This document shows, in pieces, positions 47,061 through 56,542 of a stretch of DNA of 58,678 nucleotides. Both the position numbers and the translations under genes were made by a program. A model generated the notes under the pieces. That model did not search any database. It saw only the letters and a list, made by a program, of their open reading frames with translations, and was not told where the DNA came from. The first letter of the stretch is position 1. Each line of letters starts with the position of its first letter. The DNA is from a virus (Duplodnaviria > Caudoviricetes): IMG/VR virus record IMGVR_UViG_3300045972_000025, positions 1-58,678 of that record; one strand, given 5' to 3'.

Positions 47061-49118
47061 ATGTCATCTAACACTCCTAATTATAATTTCTATCTCCCAG
47101 AGGATGGGGATGGTGTTGGTAACTCAAAACCATGGGGACCTGCAGTAAATGAGAATTTTACTATAATAGATGAATCTCTATCTGAGATGGTTACCAATAT
47201 ATCGCATAAAATCGATGATACTCAGGTAGTTACTCCAATTAAGTTTGGTTGTGTTGGTGATGGTGTAGCCAATGATTCAATAGGATTCAAAGAATTTTTA
47301 ACATACATAGCGTCTAACCATTGTATAGCTGATGGATTAGGTAAGATCTACAGATTGGTAGGATCAATGGATATCACACCAGTTGTCGATGTCTTTTTAA
47401 GGAATATGAAGATTATCACAGGTACTACAACTGGTGCTTATCTAGACCAGGTGGCTATAACATTTAATGGTGATGTTAATTTTGCATTCGAGAATTTCTC
47501 TATAGATGGGGAACGGGATATCCGTACTGATCTAGAACCATGGCATTATTACACTCAAGAACCAGCAGCATCAGGACAATATTCTCTACAACCACCGACT
47601 AATGTACCAATCATGATTACTGGATTTTATGCTAAGAAAGTAGACATGAGAAATGTCACTTTCACCAACATCCATGCACAGGCACCAATCATCATATTTA
47701 GTCGTGGACAGGTAAATATAGATGGCTTCGTCGCAAAAGGTTGTTCAAACGATGCCTTCGATATCAGACATATAAATGTTGATAATGAGACAGTAGAGAG
47801 ACGAGTAGTTGCTTATAATCATGGATGTACGAATCTTAATAATGCATTTGTCGAAAATAATGGAATCATGAAGGCACAATTCAGTGTTGATTGTACAAGT
47901 AAAACATCACCAGTAATTGGTGGTTCGTATGTTACTGTAAATAGAACGGATAATTTCTTCGCACAAGGTGCTTTTGGACTTATTGTTGCAGGTGGGACCT
48001 TTAATGCCAATAATATTGTTATTCATAACTATGGGACTGCTGGAATCGTTTTCGATAGAAATATGGTAGGAAGTCTTACTAATTGTCGTGTAGTCCATGA
48101 TGATGTAAATGCATGCTCTAATAATCCTTCTGGGGCAGTCTGGACTGAACAGATATATAGTTTCACACTGAGCAATGTTACTATCGATATTCTAGCACGT
48201 GATCCTCGTGAAGCTTTATTTGATAGTAGTGCGCTTGAATTATATGGTGTAACTGCTGATGTTGCTGATGCTTTACCAAATTATTATGGGACATCAACAC
48301 ACATAATTGATAATCTCTTCATAACTACAGCTGCTGCTGCTCATTTGAATAAAGGTATTCGTATATCATCATATAAAGGTTGTGAATATAAGATATCGAA
48401 TACAGTCATTGATGCATCAAATGCAGTATGGGCTCTCTCTTCTGAGAGCAATACACCTTCTGTACCTACTAGATATGTACATCTAAATAATGTTAATATT
48501 TCTGGTAATATGAGAGTATTCGATTGTTCTGAAATCTCACTCTCTTCTGTTAAGAGTAGTGGAACTTTAACATTCAATCGTGTATCTCAAGCCAGTCTTA
48601 ATAATTGTGAATATGCTGATGATTTTTATTATCAGAATACTACATTAGGCAAACTGACTGCTACGAAGTGTAAGATGGATAAACAATTTGTTCTCCAAGG
48701 TATAAATGGTGATGTAACACTCGATAGTTGTAAGATTGGACAAGACTTATATACTATGGTATACGCAAGTAATATTATTCCTAGATTTAATATGACTGGA
48801 GGAACTATTGGTCGCGTTACTAGTCTAGATGCTATTAGTTCTGCAATGATCTCTGGTGTAGAAACTGAAGATCGTATGGAATTTAAGAATGTCAAGACAT
48901 ATGTAGTGACAGGATGTACAGTGAAGTTAGCCAACCCTAATGCTTGTATCAGAGCAATGGAGACTACCCCAGGTTACACGGTTCGGGCTGTTATAAAGAA
49001 CAACTGTCTATGGATCAAAACCGGAACAGCTGCTGCTGGTTATATCTATAATGGTATTACAGGAACATTGATCGGTGATGCCTCCAACAATGATGAAGCA
49101 ACAATAGCCTGGGTTTAA
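47061..49118 (+). CDS. Tailspike 2 (beta-helix)
   Basis: Shared N-terminal anchor; FGCVGDGVANDS; Asn/Ile/Val-rich beta-helix repeats. Confidence 0.75.
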   Translation: MSSNTPNYNFYLPEDGDGVGNSKPWGPAVNENFTIIDESLSEMVTNISHKIDDTQVVTPIKFGCVGDGVANDSIGFKEFLTYIASNHCIADGLGKIYRLVGSMDITPVVDVFLRNMKIITGTTTGAYLDQVAITFNGDVNFAFENFSIDGERDIRTDLEPWHYYTQEPAASGQYSLQPPTNVPIMITGFYAKKVDMRNVTFTNIHAQAPIIIFSRGQVNIDGFVAKGCSNDAFDIRHINVDNETVERRVVAYNHGCTNLNNAFVENNGIMKAQFSVDCTSKTSPVIGGSYVTVNRTDNFFAQGAFGLIVAGGTFNANNIVIHNYGTAGIVFDRNMVGSLTNCRVVHDDVNACSNNPSGAVWTEQIYSFTLSNVTIDILARDPREALFDSSALELYGVTADVADALPNYYGTSTHIIDNLFITTAAAAHLNKGIRISSYKGCEYKISNTVIDASNAVWALSSESNTPSVPTRYVHLNNVNISGNMRVFDCSEISLSSVKSSGTLTFNRVSQASLNNCEYADDFYYQNTTLGKLTATKCKMDKQFVLQGINGDVTLDSCKIGQDLYTMVYASNIIPRFNMTGGTIGRVTSLDAISSAMISGVETEDRMEFKNVKTYVVTGCTVKLANPNACIRAMETTPGYTVRAVIKNNCLWIKTGTAAAGYIYNGITGTLIGDASNNDEATIAWV

Positions 49119-49138
49119 ATTTATCTTAAAGGATCACC

Positions 49139-51109
49139 ATGTCATCTAATACACCTAATTATAATTTGTACCTCCCAGAACTAGGAGATAGTACTAGTAA
49201 CTCCAAACCATGGGGTCGCCAATTCAATAACAATCTGACCATCATAGATACAGAATTAAAGAAATCTGAGACACATAGAGGAGCTGGTGTCATAAATGCA
49301 GTTTCAGATTTCGGCCTAGTAGCTACCAAGAAGGGTGACCGTACAACAGCTGCTACTAATACCCTGGCACTCAATGCTGCCATGGTCAGTGCTCAGGCTA
49401 CAGGTAGACCATTATACATCCCATCAGGTTGGTATGCTGTTAATCCATTAACTACCATAGTAGATAGTATGACTATGTACGGGGACCATGGTGGATACAA
49501 TTCTACATTATCTAAAGGTACTGCTACTATCTTAGATTTCGGTAATGCTCTGGGTCAAGATGGACAGAAATGTATAAATGTTAATCCCCCAGCTGATGGA
49601 TTACAACAGATCAAGACCTTTGAGATCAGAGATATAGTATTCTTCTCAGATGGTGTATCTGGAGCACCTCAATACTTCATCTATAAGAAAATTGCTACGA
49701 ACATGAAGATTCGTGGCTGCAGCTTCCAAGGTAAAGTAGGTACTACAGGATATCCGGGTTATGCTATAGCACATCAATCAGACTATGGTCTCACCATTGA
49801 GTCTTGCACATTCTTGTATCTCTATTGTGAAGGTGCTATATTATTCAAACACGATGGTAACCTAGACGGTAATACTGGATCATGGTCGTATGGATGTTCT
49901 GTAACTGATTGTGATATCTCATTAGGTACGTATGGTAAGTATGGTATCAACATCCAAGGTGGTGTTGGTTATAAGGTAACTAGGACTGTAATAGAAGGAA
50001 CATCTGACACTGGTATAAAATGTAATACTACTCCAACAGCTAATTTAGACTATACATGGGGATTAGTATTAGACACTGTATATTTCGAAGGAAATACAAA
50101 CTATCATTTAGATATATCGAGCCCTCATAATGCCAGCTCTCAAGCCATCATATATGGTGGACAGATGCAGGGTGGTAATATTAATCTAGGAGCTAGTGGT
50201 ACTATCACTATCATGGGATTAACGATATCATCTGGTATATGTCGTATAATGGGGTCAGCTAATGCTGCAGTCAAATTAATAAATTGTGCTGGTTTCTTTA
50301 TTCAGAATAATACAGTTCTATCAGCTAATCCTGTGTCAACACAATGGAGTCCCAGAGATTATTCATATAGATGGAATGAGGATTCACATGATGTAGATTA
50401 TCAGGAAGTAGAATGTCTCCCATTATCAGGTGGTGTAGATAACGTAGCTAGTACTATACAGTGGCATAGTGTGTCTGGTACTAAGCCCGATATCGGGAAT
50501 GGATCACTTCGAGGTTGGTATACTCGTAAGGGTGATCTCATAACACTTAATCTCAATCTAATTCCTGGTACCACTACTGTATGGGGTGATGCTGCTCAAG
50601 GCTGGATATTCATATTCCCCAATTTTACAGCAGCTGATACCGCTGTAGGTAATTGGGTCGCTGAAGATTATAATACTATCACATATGCTGGTCACTTCAG
50701 AGCTATTACTAATAGCAATCAGTTTATGTTAAGTATAGATAATGCCAATTCAGCTGTATCTGCTAGTGTACCTATGACATGGAATTATAATGCTGGATCG
50801 GTTGTAGCTGGTGTGTCATTCAATGGTTACATTCGTGGTGGTGATAATATCTTACATGTGACATCAGGTACTACTCCCACAGTAGGGCAGACTGTGTATG
50901 CCACTGGTCTGATGAAGAATGTTACTATCGCTGGTGCTGCCACTCTAGCAGCTGGTGACACAGCAGCATTCTCACTGACTAAGTTAGTTCCAGCTGGTAT
51001 TGGATATAACGATACTACTCAAGTAAGTTCTCCTGTTGCTATGACTACGAACAAGCCAAACCCAGATAATCTTAGTATGCAGATTACATACAAAGTATTT
51101 AAGCTCTAA
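49139..51109 (+). CDS. Tailspike 3 (beta-helix)
   Basis: Shared N-terminal anchor; INAVSDFG...NTLALNAAM...LYIPSGWY. Confidence 0.78.
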   Translation: MSSNTPNYNLYLPELGDSTSNSKPWGRQFNNNLTIIDTELKKSETHRGAGVINAVSDFGLVATKKGDRTTAATNTLALNAAMVSAQATGRPLYIPSGWYAVNPLTTIVDSMTMYGDHGGYNSTLSKGTATILDFGNALGQDGQKCINVNPPADGLQQIKTFEIRDIVFFSDGVSGAPQYFIYKKIATNMKIRGCSFQGKVGTTGYPGYAIAHQSDYGLTIESCTFLYLYCEGAILFKHDGNLDGNTGSWSYGCSVTDCDISLGTYGKYGINIQGGVGYKVTRTVIEGTSDTGIKCNTTPTANLDYTWGLVLDTVYFEGNTNYHLDISSPHNASSQAIIYGGQMQGGNINLGASGTITIMGLTISSGICRIMGSANAAVKLINCAGFFIQNNTVLSANPVSTQWSPRDYSYRWNEDSHDVDYQEVECLPLSGGVDNVASTIQWHSVSGTKPDIGNGSLRGWYTRKGDLITLNLNLIPGTTTVWGDAAQGWIFIFPNFTAADTAVGNWVAEDYNTITYAGHFRAITNSNQFMLSIDNANSAVSASVPMTWNYNAGSVVAGVSFNGYIRGGDNILHVTSGTTPTVGQTVYATGLMKNVTIAGAATLAAGDTAAFSLTKLVPAGIGYNDTTQVSSPVAMTTNKPNPDNLSMQITYKVFKL

Positions 51110-51157
51110 TGGCATCTGTATATTTATTTATGCCTCAGAATGGATTCTTTCTATTAT

Positions 51158-51181
51158 AATGACCCTCTTTCGAGGGTCATT
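51158..51181. terminator. Hairpin between convergent genes (bidirectional terminator candidate)
   Basis: aatgaccctc-tttc-gagggtcatt. Confidence 0.7.
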
Positions 51182-51205
51182 TAGCAAGGTCATCAGTAGG
51201 GTAAT

Positions 51206-51634
51206 TTAGTTAATAGGAATAGTCTTGGGCTTCTTTTCTTCAGGAATAATCTTCTCTAACTGAATCTTAAGAAGACCATCCTCTAAAGAAGCATCGATTA
51301 CTTCGATATCTTCAGCGAGATTAAATACTTTCTTAAATTCTCGCTTAGCAATACCACGATACTTAGTGTCTGTGGTTGAATCAGGTTCTGGCTGCTTTAC
51401 ATGTTCAATAGCAAGAACACCTTCTGATACAGTGATGTTCAGGTCGGCTTTCTTGAACCCAGCTAATGCCATCTCGATCAAGAACTTATTAGGTTCAGTC
51501 TCAATGATATTATGTGGGGGATATGTAGATCGCTTGTTATTCACAAGGAAATGATCAACATCGTTGAAGATATGATCAAATCCAAGGAACCATGGATCTA
51601 GTTGATTTAGAAATTCTACTCGGTATCGTGTCAT
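51206..51634 (-). CDS. hsp20: Small heat-shock protein (Hsp20, IbpA-like)
   Basis: FLGFD, TYPPHNI, IEMALAGF, RGIAKREF..FNLAE, ASLEDGLL.I.L..IIPEEKKPKTIPI. Confidence 0.95.
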   Translation of the reverse strand: MTRYRVEFLNQLDPWFLGFDHIFNDVDHFLVNNKRSTYPPHNIIETEPNKFLIEMALAGFKKADLNITVSEGVLAIEHVKQPEPDSTTDTKYRGIAKREFKKVFNLAEDIEVIDASLEDGLLKIQLEKIIPEEKKPKTIPIN

Positions 51635-51701
51635 GATGACTCCTTTTAGTTAAGCGAGTATTTGTTATAGTGTCCCCGAAGGCAACACCTGATGACCTTG
51701 C
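51635..51701 (-). promoter_or_regulatory. ROSE-like RNA thermometer 5'UTR of hsp20
   Basis: Minus strand: GUGUUGCC-UUCG-GGGACAC hairpin, then CUCGCU-UAACUAAA-AGGAG, i.e. the U(U/C)GCU motif pairing with the SD with a bulged G. Confidence 0.65.
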
Positions 51702-51729
51702 ATAATTATTACTTTGAAGTCAGAAATTT

Positions 51730-52893
51730 CTAGGATCGTTTATAGAATTTTCCAGCTGATACACAGTAGTTCTGACTGAATACTATATGTTCAGGAACTA
51801 CCTCACGCTTCTTAGGATCGATATGTACTATAGCGAAACTGTTCTGATATTGACACATTCCTGGTACATATTCAGCATCAACCTTAGCCATACAACCTGT
51901 AGTAAGCCAGAATACTGATCCAAACTGTTCATTAACCTTAGTACGGAATCCTGGCTTATGGGTGTGGCTTGATACACCACACATGACGAAGTTATCAATA
52001 CCATGATGATCAGTTACGAAACAATCGTAATATACCTTGTAATTCTTCTTGACCTCATCACGTATCTCTGATGGTTTATATGCTGATAGATCAAACTTAG
52101 ATACGAGATTAATCTCATGTTCATCCAACCCTAGTAGCTTGGATAAGCTTATACCCATCAGATCCATGAGTGATCTAAGATTAGGTGTCCGATCAGCCAT
52201 ATGACGAAGAATTCTGAATTCGTGATTGCCCATGATGAAGTCTATCTGAGCCTTAGGGCATGCCTTACGCAATGGCTTGAAGAATTTCTCTCTCATGAAG
52301 TCATAACGTTCTTTTAAGTTGATTTGTCTAGGATCCTGATCGAACTTACTGAACTCATATTCGTCGAACATATCCCCATTGAGGACGATAATGTCAGGCT
52401 GAATTCTCTTAGCTGTATCTAGGAAGACACCGAGAACAAAGGGATCAGCTTCTTTATCATGAAGATCTGATCCTATGAGGATAGTCTTAAGATGCTTAGT
52501 GTTCTGATCCTTTTCATACTTACTTATATATGGTACTACTTCCATCTCATAGAAACCACGATACCTGTCTAACGATGCATGCTTGGCGATATCCTTCTCT
52601 AATTGAGCAGCACCACGACCATGTTCTAGACCAGCCTTACGTCGGAACTCAAGGAATGTCCCGAACTTATTACTGTAGCAGCGATCACTGTACCTACCAT
52701 GAATACGGTAGAAATCTCTAGTGATGTACTTGTATGGATGTAGTTCCTTCACTCTACGGAGATCTTCGATGAGTTCTTTTGATGAGACCTTGGGATTGAA
52801 TTTCTTACTCATCTCAGACAGTAGTGCCAAGTGTGCCTGAGACTTCTTTGATTCTTGTTCTACACGACTTTGTTCAAGTTTCTTCTTTGACAT
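51730..52893 (-). CDS. Calcineurin-like metallophosphoesterase with N-terminal helical DNA-binding-like repeat
   Basis: SDLH, LNGDMFD, GNHE and SHTH motifs; N-terminal ELIEDLRRV...FGTFLEFRRKAGL. Confidence 0.8.
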   Translation of the reverse strand: MSKKKLEQSRVEQESKKSQAHLALLSEMSKKFNPKVSSKELIEDLRRVKELHPYKYITRDFYRIHGRYSDRCYSNKFGTFLEFRRKAGLEHGRGAAQLEKDIAKHASLDRYRGFYEMEVVPYISKYEKDQNTKHLKTILIGSDLHDKEADPFVLGVFLDTAKRIQPDIIVLNGDMFDEYEFSKFDQDPRQINLKERYDFMREKFFKPLRKACPKAQIDFIMGNHEFRILRHMADRTPNLRSLMDLMGISLSKLLGLDEHEINLVSKFDLSAYKPSEIRDEVKKNYKVYYDCFVTDHHGIDNFVMCGVSSHTHKPGFRTKVNEQFGSVFWLTTGCMAKVDAEYVPGMCQYQNSFAIVHIDPKKREVVPEHIVFSQNYCVSAGKFYKRS

Positions 52894-53030
52894 TCAGTAG
52901 CTCCTTCAACTAGCCTTAAAAAGTCAGGAAATTTCCCGTAATCTGCGTTAGAACCCTAATACTTTACTGGACTACGATTGCATATGAAATAGTTCTGTAA
53001 ACAGTTGTCGGACTCGAAGTTAATACACGA

Positions 53031-53060
53031 TTGTTTATTATTTCCGATGCCAAGTAATAT
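53031..53060 (+). promoter_or_regulatory. Putative sigma70-type promoter
   Basis: TTGTTT-N18-TAATAT, with the same gtaat(a/c)tag context as the right-end promoters. Confidence 0.4.
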
Positions 53061-53066
53061 AGGTAC

Positions 53067-53723
53067 ATGGAAGAAAATGGTCTCCAAAAGTACATAATCC
53101 AAGCATGTAGCAACCGATCCTTCGGTCCTGAGATCCTCCACGGTCTCATCAAGAAGGAATCTGGTTACGATGAGGATGCAGTCAGCCAGCAGGGAACCAG
53201 AGGTCTGTGTCAATTAACTAAGGTCACGATCCTCGAGCTGATTGATAAGTACAATCTCCCACTGACTGTTGAGCAAGCCTTCGAGCCACAGAATCAGATC
53301 CTGTTAGCTAGTCTCAGACTCGAAGACATGATTCATGCTCTATCTTCTAGGTATCCCAAACTCAATAGAGTTAAACATCTCGAATTAGCTCTTCATGCCT
53401 ACAACTCAGGATACTCTGCTGTTACGAAGGCAGTAACTGAAGGTGGGATAAAGAACTATAGGAAATTCCTACCAGTCTATGCAGATAAGCATTATGCTAA
53501 GTCAGTCATGGTGCTTAGTACAGACTGGGTTCCAGTATCTACATATGAGACGATGAAGTCCAGTGGTCTGGAAACTCAGATATTTCCATTCCTAATAATG
53601 TTACTTCTAGTTGCTTATTCACTGAAGTATTATAGGATGGGGATCAAATATGTCACTAGAAACAAATCTTGTAGAAGATGCTATAATCCTCATCCATCAA
53701 ATGAAGAACGAGTTCCTGCATGA
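53067..53723 (+). CDS. Lytic transglycosylase (SLT domain) with C-terminal TM segment
   Basis: LIKKESG, GTRGLCQL and ALHAYNSG motifs; IFPFLIMLLLVAYSL hydrophobic tail. Confidence 0.8.
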   Translation: MEENGLQKYIIQACSNRSFGPEILHGLIKKESGYDEDAVSQQGTRGLCQLTKVTILELIDKYNLPLTVEQAFEPQNQILLASLRLEDMIHALSSRYPKLNRVKHLELALHAYNSGYSAVTKAVTEGGIKNYRKFLPVYADKHYAKSVMVLSTDWVPVSTYETMKSSGLETQIFPFLIMLLLVAYSLKYYRMGIKYVTRNKSCRRCYNPHPSNEERVPA

Positions 53724-53958
53724 ACATCCTGACCACAATAAGTTAGCTAACGAGATCATCTCGATTCTTAGAACAGAAGCACCAAGGATCGATAAGAATC
53801 ATGATATTCTATCTATAATCACATTCAATCTCGTACGTATGTCTGTCTGTATCCCTGAAGAATATGAAAAGAACGAGATAGTAGAGAAGTTTCTAGACCG
53901 TGTACAAGAACTCTGTAACCTATACAAAGGATCTATTACCCAACCTGTGGTAGAGTAG
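53650..53958 (+). CDS. Hypothetical protein
   Basis: 102-aa helical ORF overlapping the SLT gene end. Confidence 0.5.
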   Translation: MSLETNLVEDAIILIHQMKNEFLHEHPDHNKLANEIISILRTEAPRIDKNHDILSIITFNLVRMSVCIPEEYEKNEIVEKFLDRVQELCNLYKGSITQPVVE

Positions 53959-53984
53959 AGTATAAGGTTACGGAAGGAGTATCA

Positions 53985-54386
53985 GTGTGTAAATGGTCTA
54001 GGGGTTTCGACATAGCTGCGTCGTCAGCTAAGCACTCTAATGCTCCAGCTGCCCGGACTCGGATGGGAGCTGCATTATTCAATGGATCTAAACTTGTATC
54101 CATTGGATTTAATACCTATTTCAAGTCCCATCCTGAACACCTTGTCCATGGGCGAGGTCAGAAGAAGTATTTCGAGAACATTCACGCTGAACAAGCAGCA
54201 CTTATCAAGAGAAAGCATTACGATGGTGATGACAACCTTATAATGTACGTGTGGCGCGAGCTCGATAATGGTGCTCCTGCTCATTCTAAGCCATGTGAGA
54301 TGTGTCAGCGACTGATGAAGATTGGTGGGGTAAAGAAGGTAAGATTCCTGGAACCTGATGGTTCATGGGCTGAAATGAAGTTTTGA
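53985..54386 (+). CDS. Zn-dependent cytidine/dCMP deaminase-family protein
   Basis: IHAEQAAL...SKPCEMC; AAGGAG RBS. Confidence 0.85.
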   Translation: MCKWSRGFDIAASSAKHSNAPAARTRMGAALFNGSKLVSIGFNTYFKSHPEHLVHGRGQKKYFENIHAEQAALIKRKHYDGDDNLIMYVWRELDNGAPAHSKPCEMCQRLMKIGGVKKVRFLEPDGSWAEMKF

Positions 54387-54393
54387 AATAAAG

Positions 54394-54426
54394 TTATCCG
54401 GATCCTGAATGACTAGGTAATCTAGT
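54394..54426 (+). promoter_or_regulatory. Early promoter copy 1
   Basis: TTATCC-N17-GTAATCTAGT. Confidence 0.7.
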
Positions 54427-54440
54427 GGACTGGAGGAACA

Positions 54441-54827
54441 ATGATCAATCAACTGGATCGTGAAACCATCGTGAATCTCCGGAAGGAGATGGAAGCAGCT
54501 ATGCAGGTGGTCGCCGCAAAGCATGGCATCGTCATCAAGTTCGGGAACTGCAAGTTCAGTCCTGAGAACGCTTCCTTCAAGCTCGATGTCGCCACCAAGG
54601 CCCAGAATGGGTCCGTGATCACCAGGGAAGCTACTGCCTTCAAGCAGTCAGCTGTCTACTATGGTTTGAAATCCGAGGATCTCGGGAAGGTCTTCACCTT
54701 CAATGGAAAGACTTTCAAGCTGACTGGTCTTCTCCCCAAGTCTCGTAAGTATCCCTTCCAGGCAACTTGCCTCCAGGATGGGAAGTCGTATAAGCTCCCT
54801 GAAAGCATTGCTTCTCTCCTGAAATAA
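54441..54827 (+). CDS. Hypothetical early protein
   Basis: GGAGG RBS; follows a repeated promoter. Confidence 0.7.
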   Translation: MINQLDRETIVNLRKEMEAAMQVVAAKHGIVIKFGNCKFSPENASFKLDVATKAQNGSVITREATAFKQSAVYYGLKSEDLGKVFTFNGKTFKLTGLLPKSRKYPFQATCLQDGKSYKLPESIASLLK

Positions 54828-54831
54828 AAAG

Positions 54832-54864
54832 TTATCCAATCTGTGTTCTAACTGGTAATCTAGT
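54832..54864 (+). promoter_or_regulatory. Early promoter copy 2
   Basis: TTATCC-N17-GTAATCTAGT. Confidence 0.7.
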
Positions 54865-54898
54865 GAACCAGGGCATGGTGCCCATCATGGAGTCCCAA

Positions 54899-55135
54899 AT
54901 GCAGAACCTCGTCAATCCCGTTACCATTGCCTCTCGTCCCGAGGTCTTCACCAGCTTCCAGATCAAGAAAGTCCAGAACCTGGCCAAGAAAGCCACCCTG
55001 GTTTCCATCCCTGAACGCGATTTCCAGCGTACCCAGAAGGCTCCCCTGTCCGTTCTGTTCTATGATGAGAGCCAGAAGCTCCGGCTGATGCGCATCGGTC
55101 AGCACAACGTCCTCACCAACAAGGTTAGCCGATAG
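54899..55135 (+). CDS. Hypothetical early protein
   Basis: GGAG at 54889 supports ATG 54899; the listed start at 54863 lies inside the promoter. Confidence 0.55.
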   Translation: MQNLVNPVTIASRPEVFTSFQIKKVQNLAKKATLVSIPERDFQRTQKAPLSVLFYDESQKLRLMRIGQHNVLTNKVSR

Positions 55136-55306
55136 ATGCAGGAGAAGCCTAAGTCGTACCGTGCCAAGAAGATCGAGAAGTTCCTGGACCGCTGGTTTCC
55201 TTATGAACCTATGAGGCTTCCAACGGTCCTGGAGCTTCGGAACCAGATGCTAAAGAACCAGTCCAGTGGAGTTAATAATTCTACGAAAAGTTATCCAGAA
55301 CGGTGA
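55136..55306 (+). CDS. Small hypothetical protein (56 aa, not in ORF track)
   Basis: ATG immediately after the previous stop; MQEKPKSYRAKKIEKFLDRWFPYEP... Confidence 0.4.
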   Translation: MQEKPKSYRAKKIEKFLDRWFPYEPMRLPTVLELRNQMLKNQSSGVNNSTKSYPER

Positions 55307-55323
55307 TTTCTGGGTAATCTAGT
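55291..55323 (+). promoter_or_regulatory. Early promoter copy 3
   Basis: TTATCC-N17-GTAATCTAGT. Confidence 0.7.
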
Positions 55324-55338
55324 TCAGGAGGAGTTCCC

Positions 55339-55677
55339 ATGACCAAGCTCTTGATCGGTGGAAAAGAAATGGATCTCGAAGTCGGGAAAGAAGCGACCAT
55401 CTCCTATGGTTGTGACAGCCATCCCGCGAAGATATCTGCCATGTCTGAAACCAAGGCTTTTATCACCATGGAGCTCACAGAGTACCAGTATCGCGCCACT
55501 GAAAAGGGGAAGGCAACTGGTATGGGTCATCAGGACTGGATCATCGATTGGGATCAGCCTCTCAATGGGGTTGTCCGGGCCAAGGTCAACAAGAAGACTG
55601 GAAAGTTTGTCGGTCCCAAGTCCTTCGCTGGGATTTCTGTAGGTCATGCTCGAGTTTACTACTGCTGGGAACTATAG
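55339..55677 (+). CDS. Hypothetical early protein
   Basis: AGGAGG RBS; follows a repeated promoter. Confidence 0.7.
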   Translation: MTKLLIGGKEMDLEVGKEATISYGCDSHPAKISAMSETKAFITMELTEYQYRATEKGKATGMGHQDWIIDWDQPLNGVVRAKVNKKTGKFVGPKSFAGISVGHARVYYCWEL

Positions 55678-55912
55678 CCATCCTGGAACATATCCTTCTG
55701 GTATGTCGTCTGATTTAAATAATCGACTTATAATTTGAAAGTGAGGTTACTGTTGGGAGTTCTGATGCTGGAATTCATAATCTTATACTCTATGCTTCAC
55801 GGCCATGGGATAGCCACTTTGTATGCCATGGACCTTGAACAAGCGAGGACCACATTCATCGAAGGTCGTCCCGATACTACCATCCTCTCTATTGAACAAT
55901 ACAGGAGCACCT

Positions 55913-56542
55913 ATGGTCTCCATTGCTAACGTCGAAGAGGGTTGGGTCGATCTTTACGAGAAGTATGCTACCGAGATCATGGAATACCTCGGCTGTGATC
56001 CCGAGAACCTTCCTGTCCTGATCTTCCCTGATGATGTCGATGAAGTGTGGGACATCGAAGACGAGGATGTGTTCCCGATCTTCGAAGAAGGGACGAAGAA
56101 GCACGACTGCGCTGAGACCGAGACCTTCTCTATCGGATATCTCAACTTCGGCTACTGGATCTATCAGGGAGTTCGAATCAAGTCCGTGTCCGAACAGAAT
56201 GCCAGTCCCGTCATGTTCTACATCACAAGAATGATCACGAGGTTTGATATGCGTGTGAAGACCTTCTCTCATAACGATTTTCCTTATGATCCAGGTAATC
56301 GGGTAGAACCTTGTCCTGATCTGGATACAATGGAAGGTAGTGACAACGAGGAGAATCTCTTCCTAATGGATACTGATATGCAGTTCCATGTCGTATGTCA
56401 CCACTGTCATACCTGGCATCTGACACATGATCTGAAGTCTACAGAACCTGGTACGAATGACTTCGAAGAGGATACAGTTACCTTTAAGTGTCCTGAGTGT
56501 GGTAAGAAGGTTAAGGATGCTATCGTTACTAGGTGTCGATAA
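55913..56542 (+). CDS. Hypothetical protein: acidic N-domain + C-terminal Zn ribbon
   Basis: AGGAG RBS supports ATG 55913; CHHC...CPEC. Confidence 0.6.
   Translation: MVSIANVEEGWVDLYEKYATEIMEYLGCDPENLPVLIFPDDVDEVWDIEDEDVFPIFEEGTKKHDCAETETFSIGYLNFGYWIYQGVRIKSVSEQNASPVMFYITRMITRFDMRVKTFSHNDFPYDPGNRVEPCPDLDTMEGSDNEENLFLMDTDMQFHVVCHHCHTWHLTHDLKSTEPGTNDFEEDTVTFKCPECGKKVKDAIVTRCR

Noticed and set aside
755-49383. Numerous short minus-strand and alternative-frame ORFs within structural genes
   Set aside because: They lie inside long, motif-supported + strand genes and have no recognisable motifs.
52894-53030. Structured ncRNA in the divergent intergenic gap
   Set aside because: I found no convincing extended pairing or known RNA motif; it is probably just promoter/leader sequence.
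55735-55929. 64-aa TTG-start ORF
   Set aside because: No clear RBS for the listed start; a shorter product is possible but cannot be supported.
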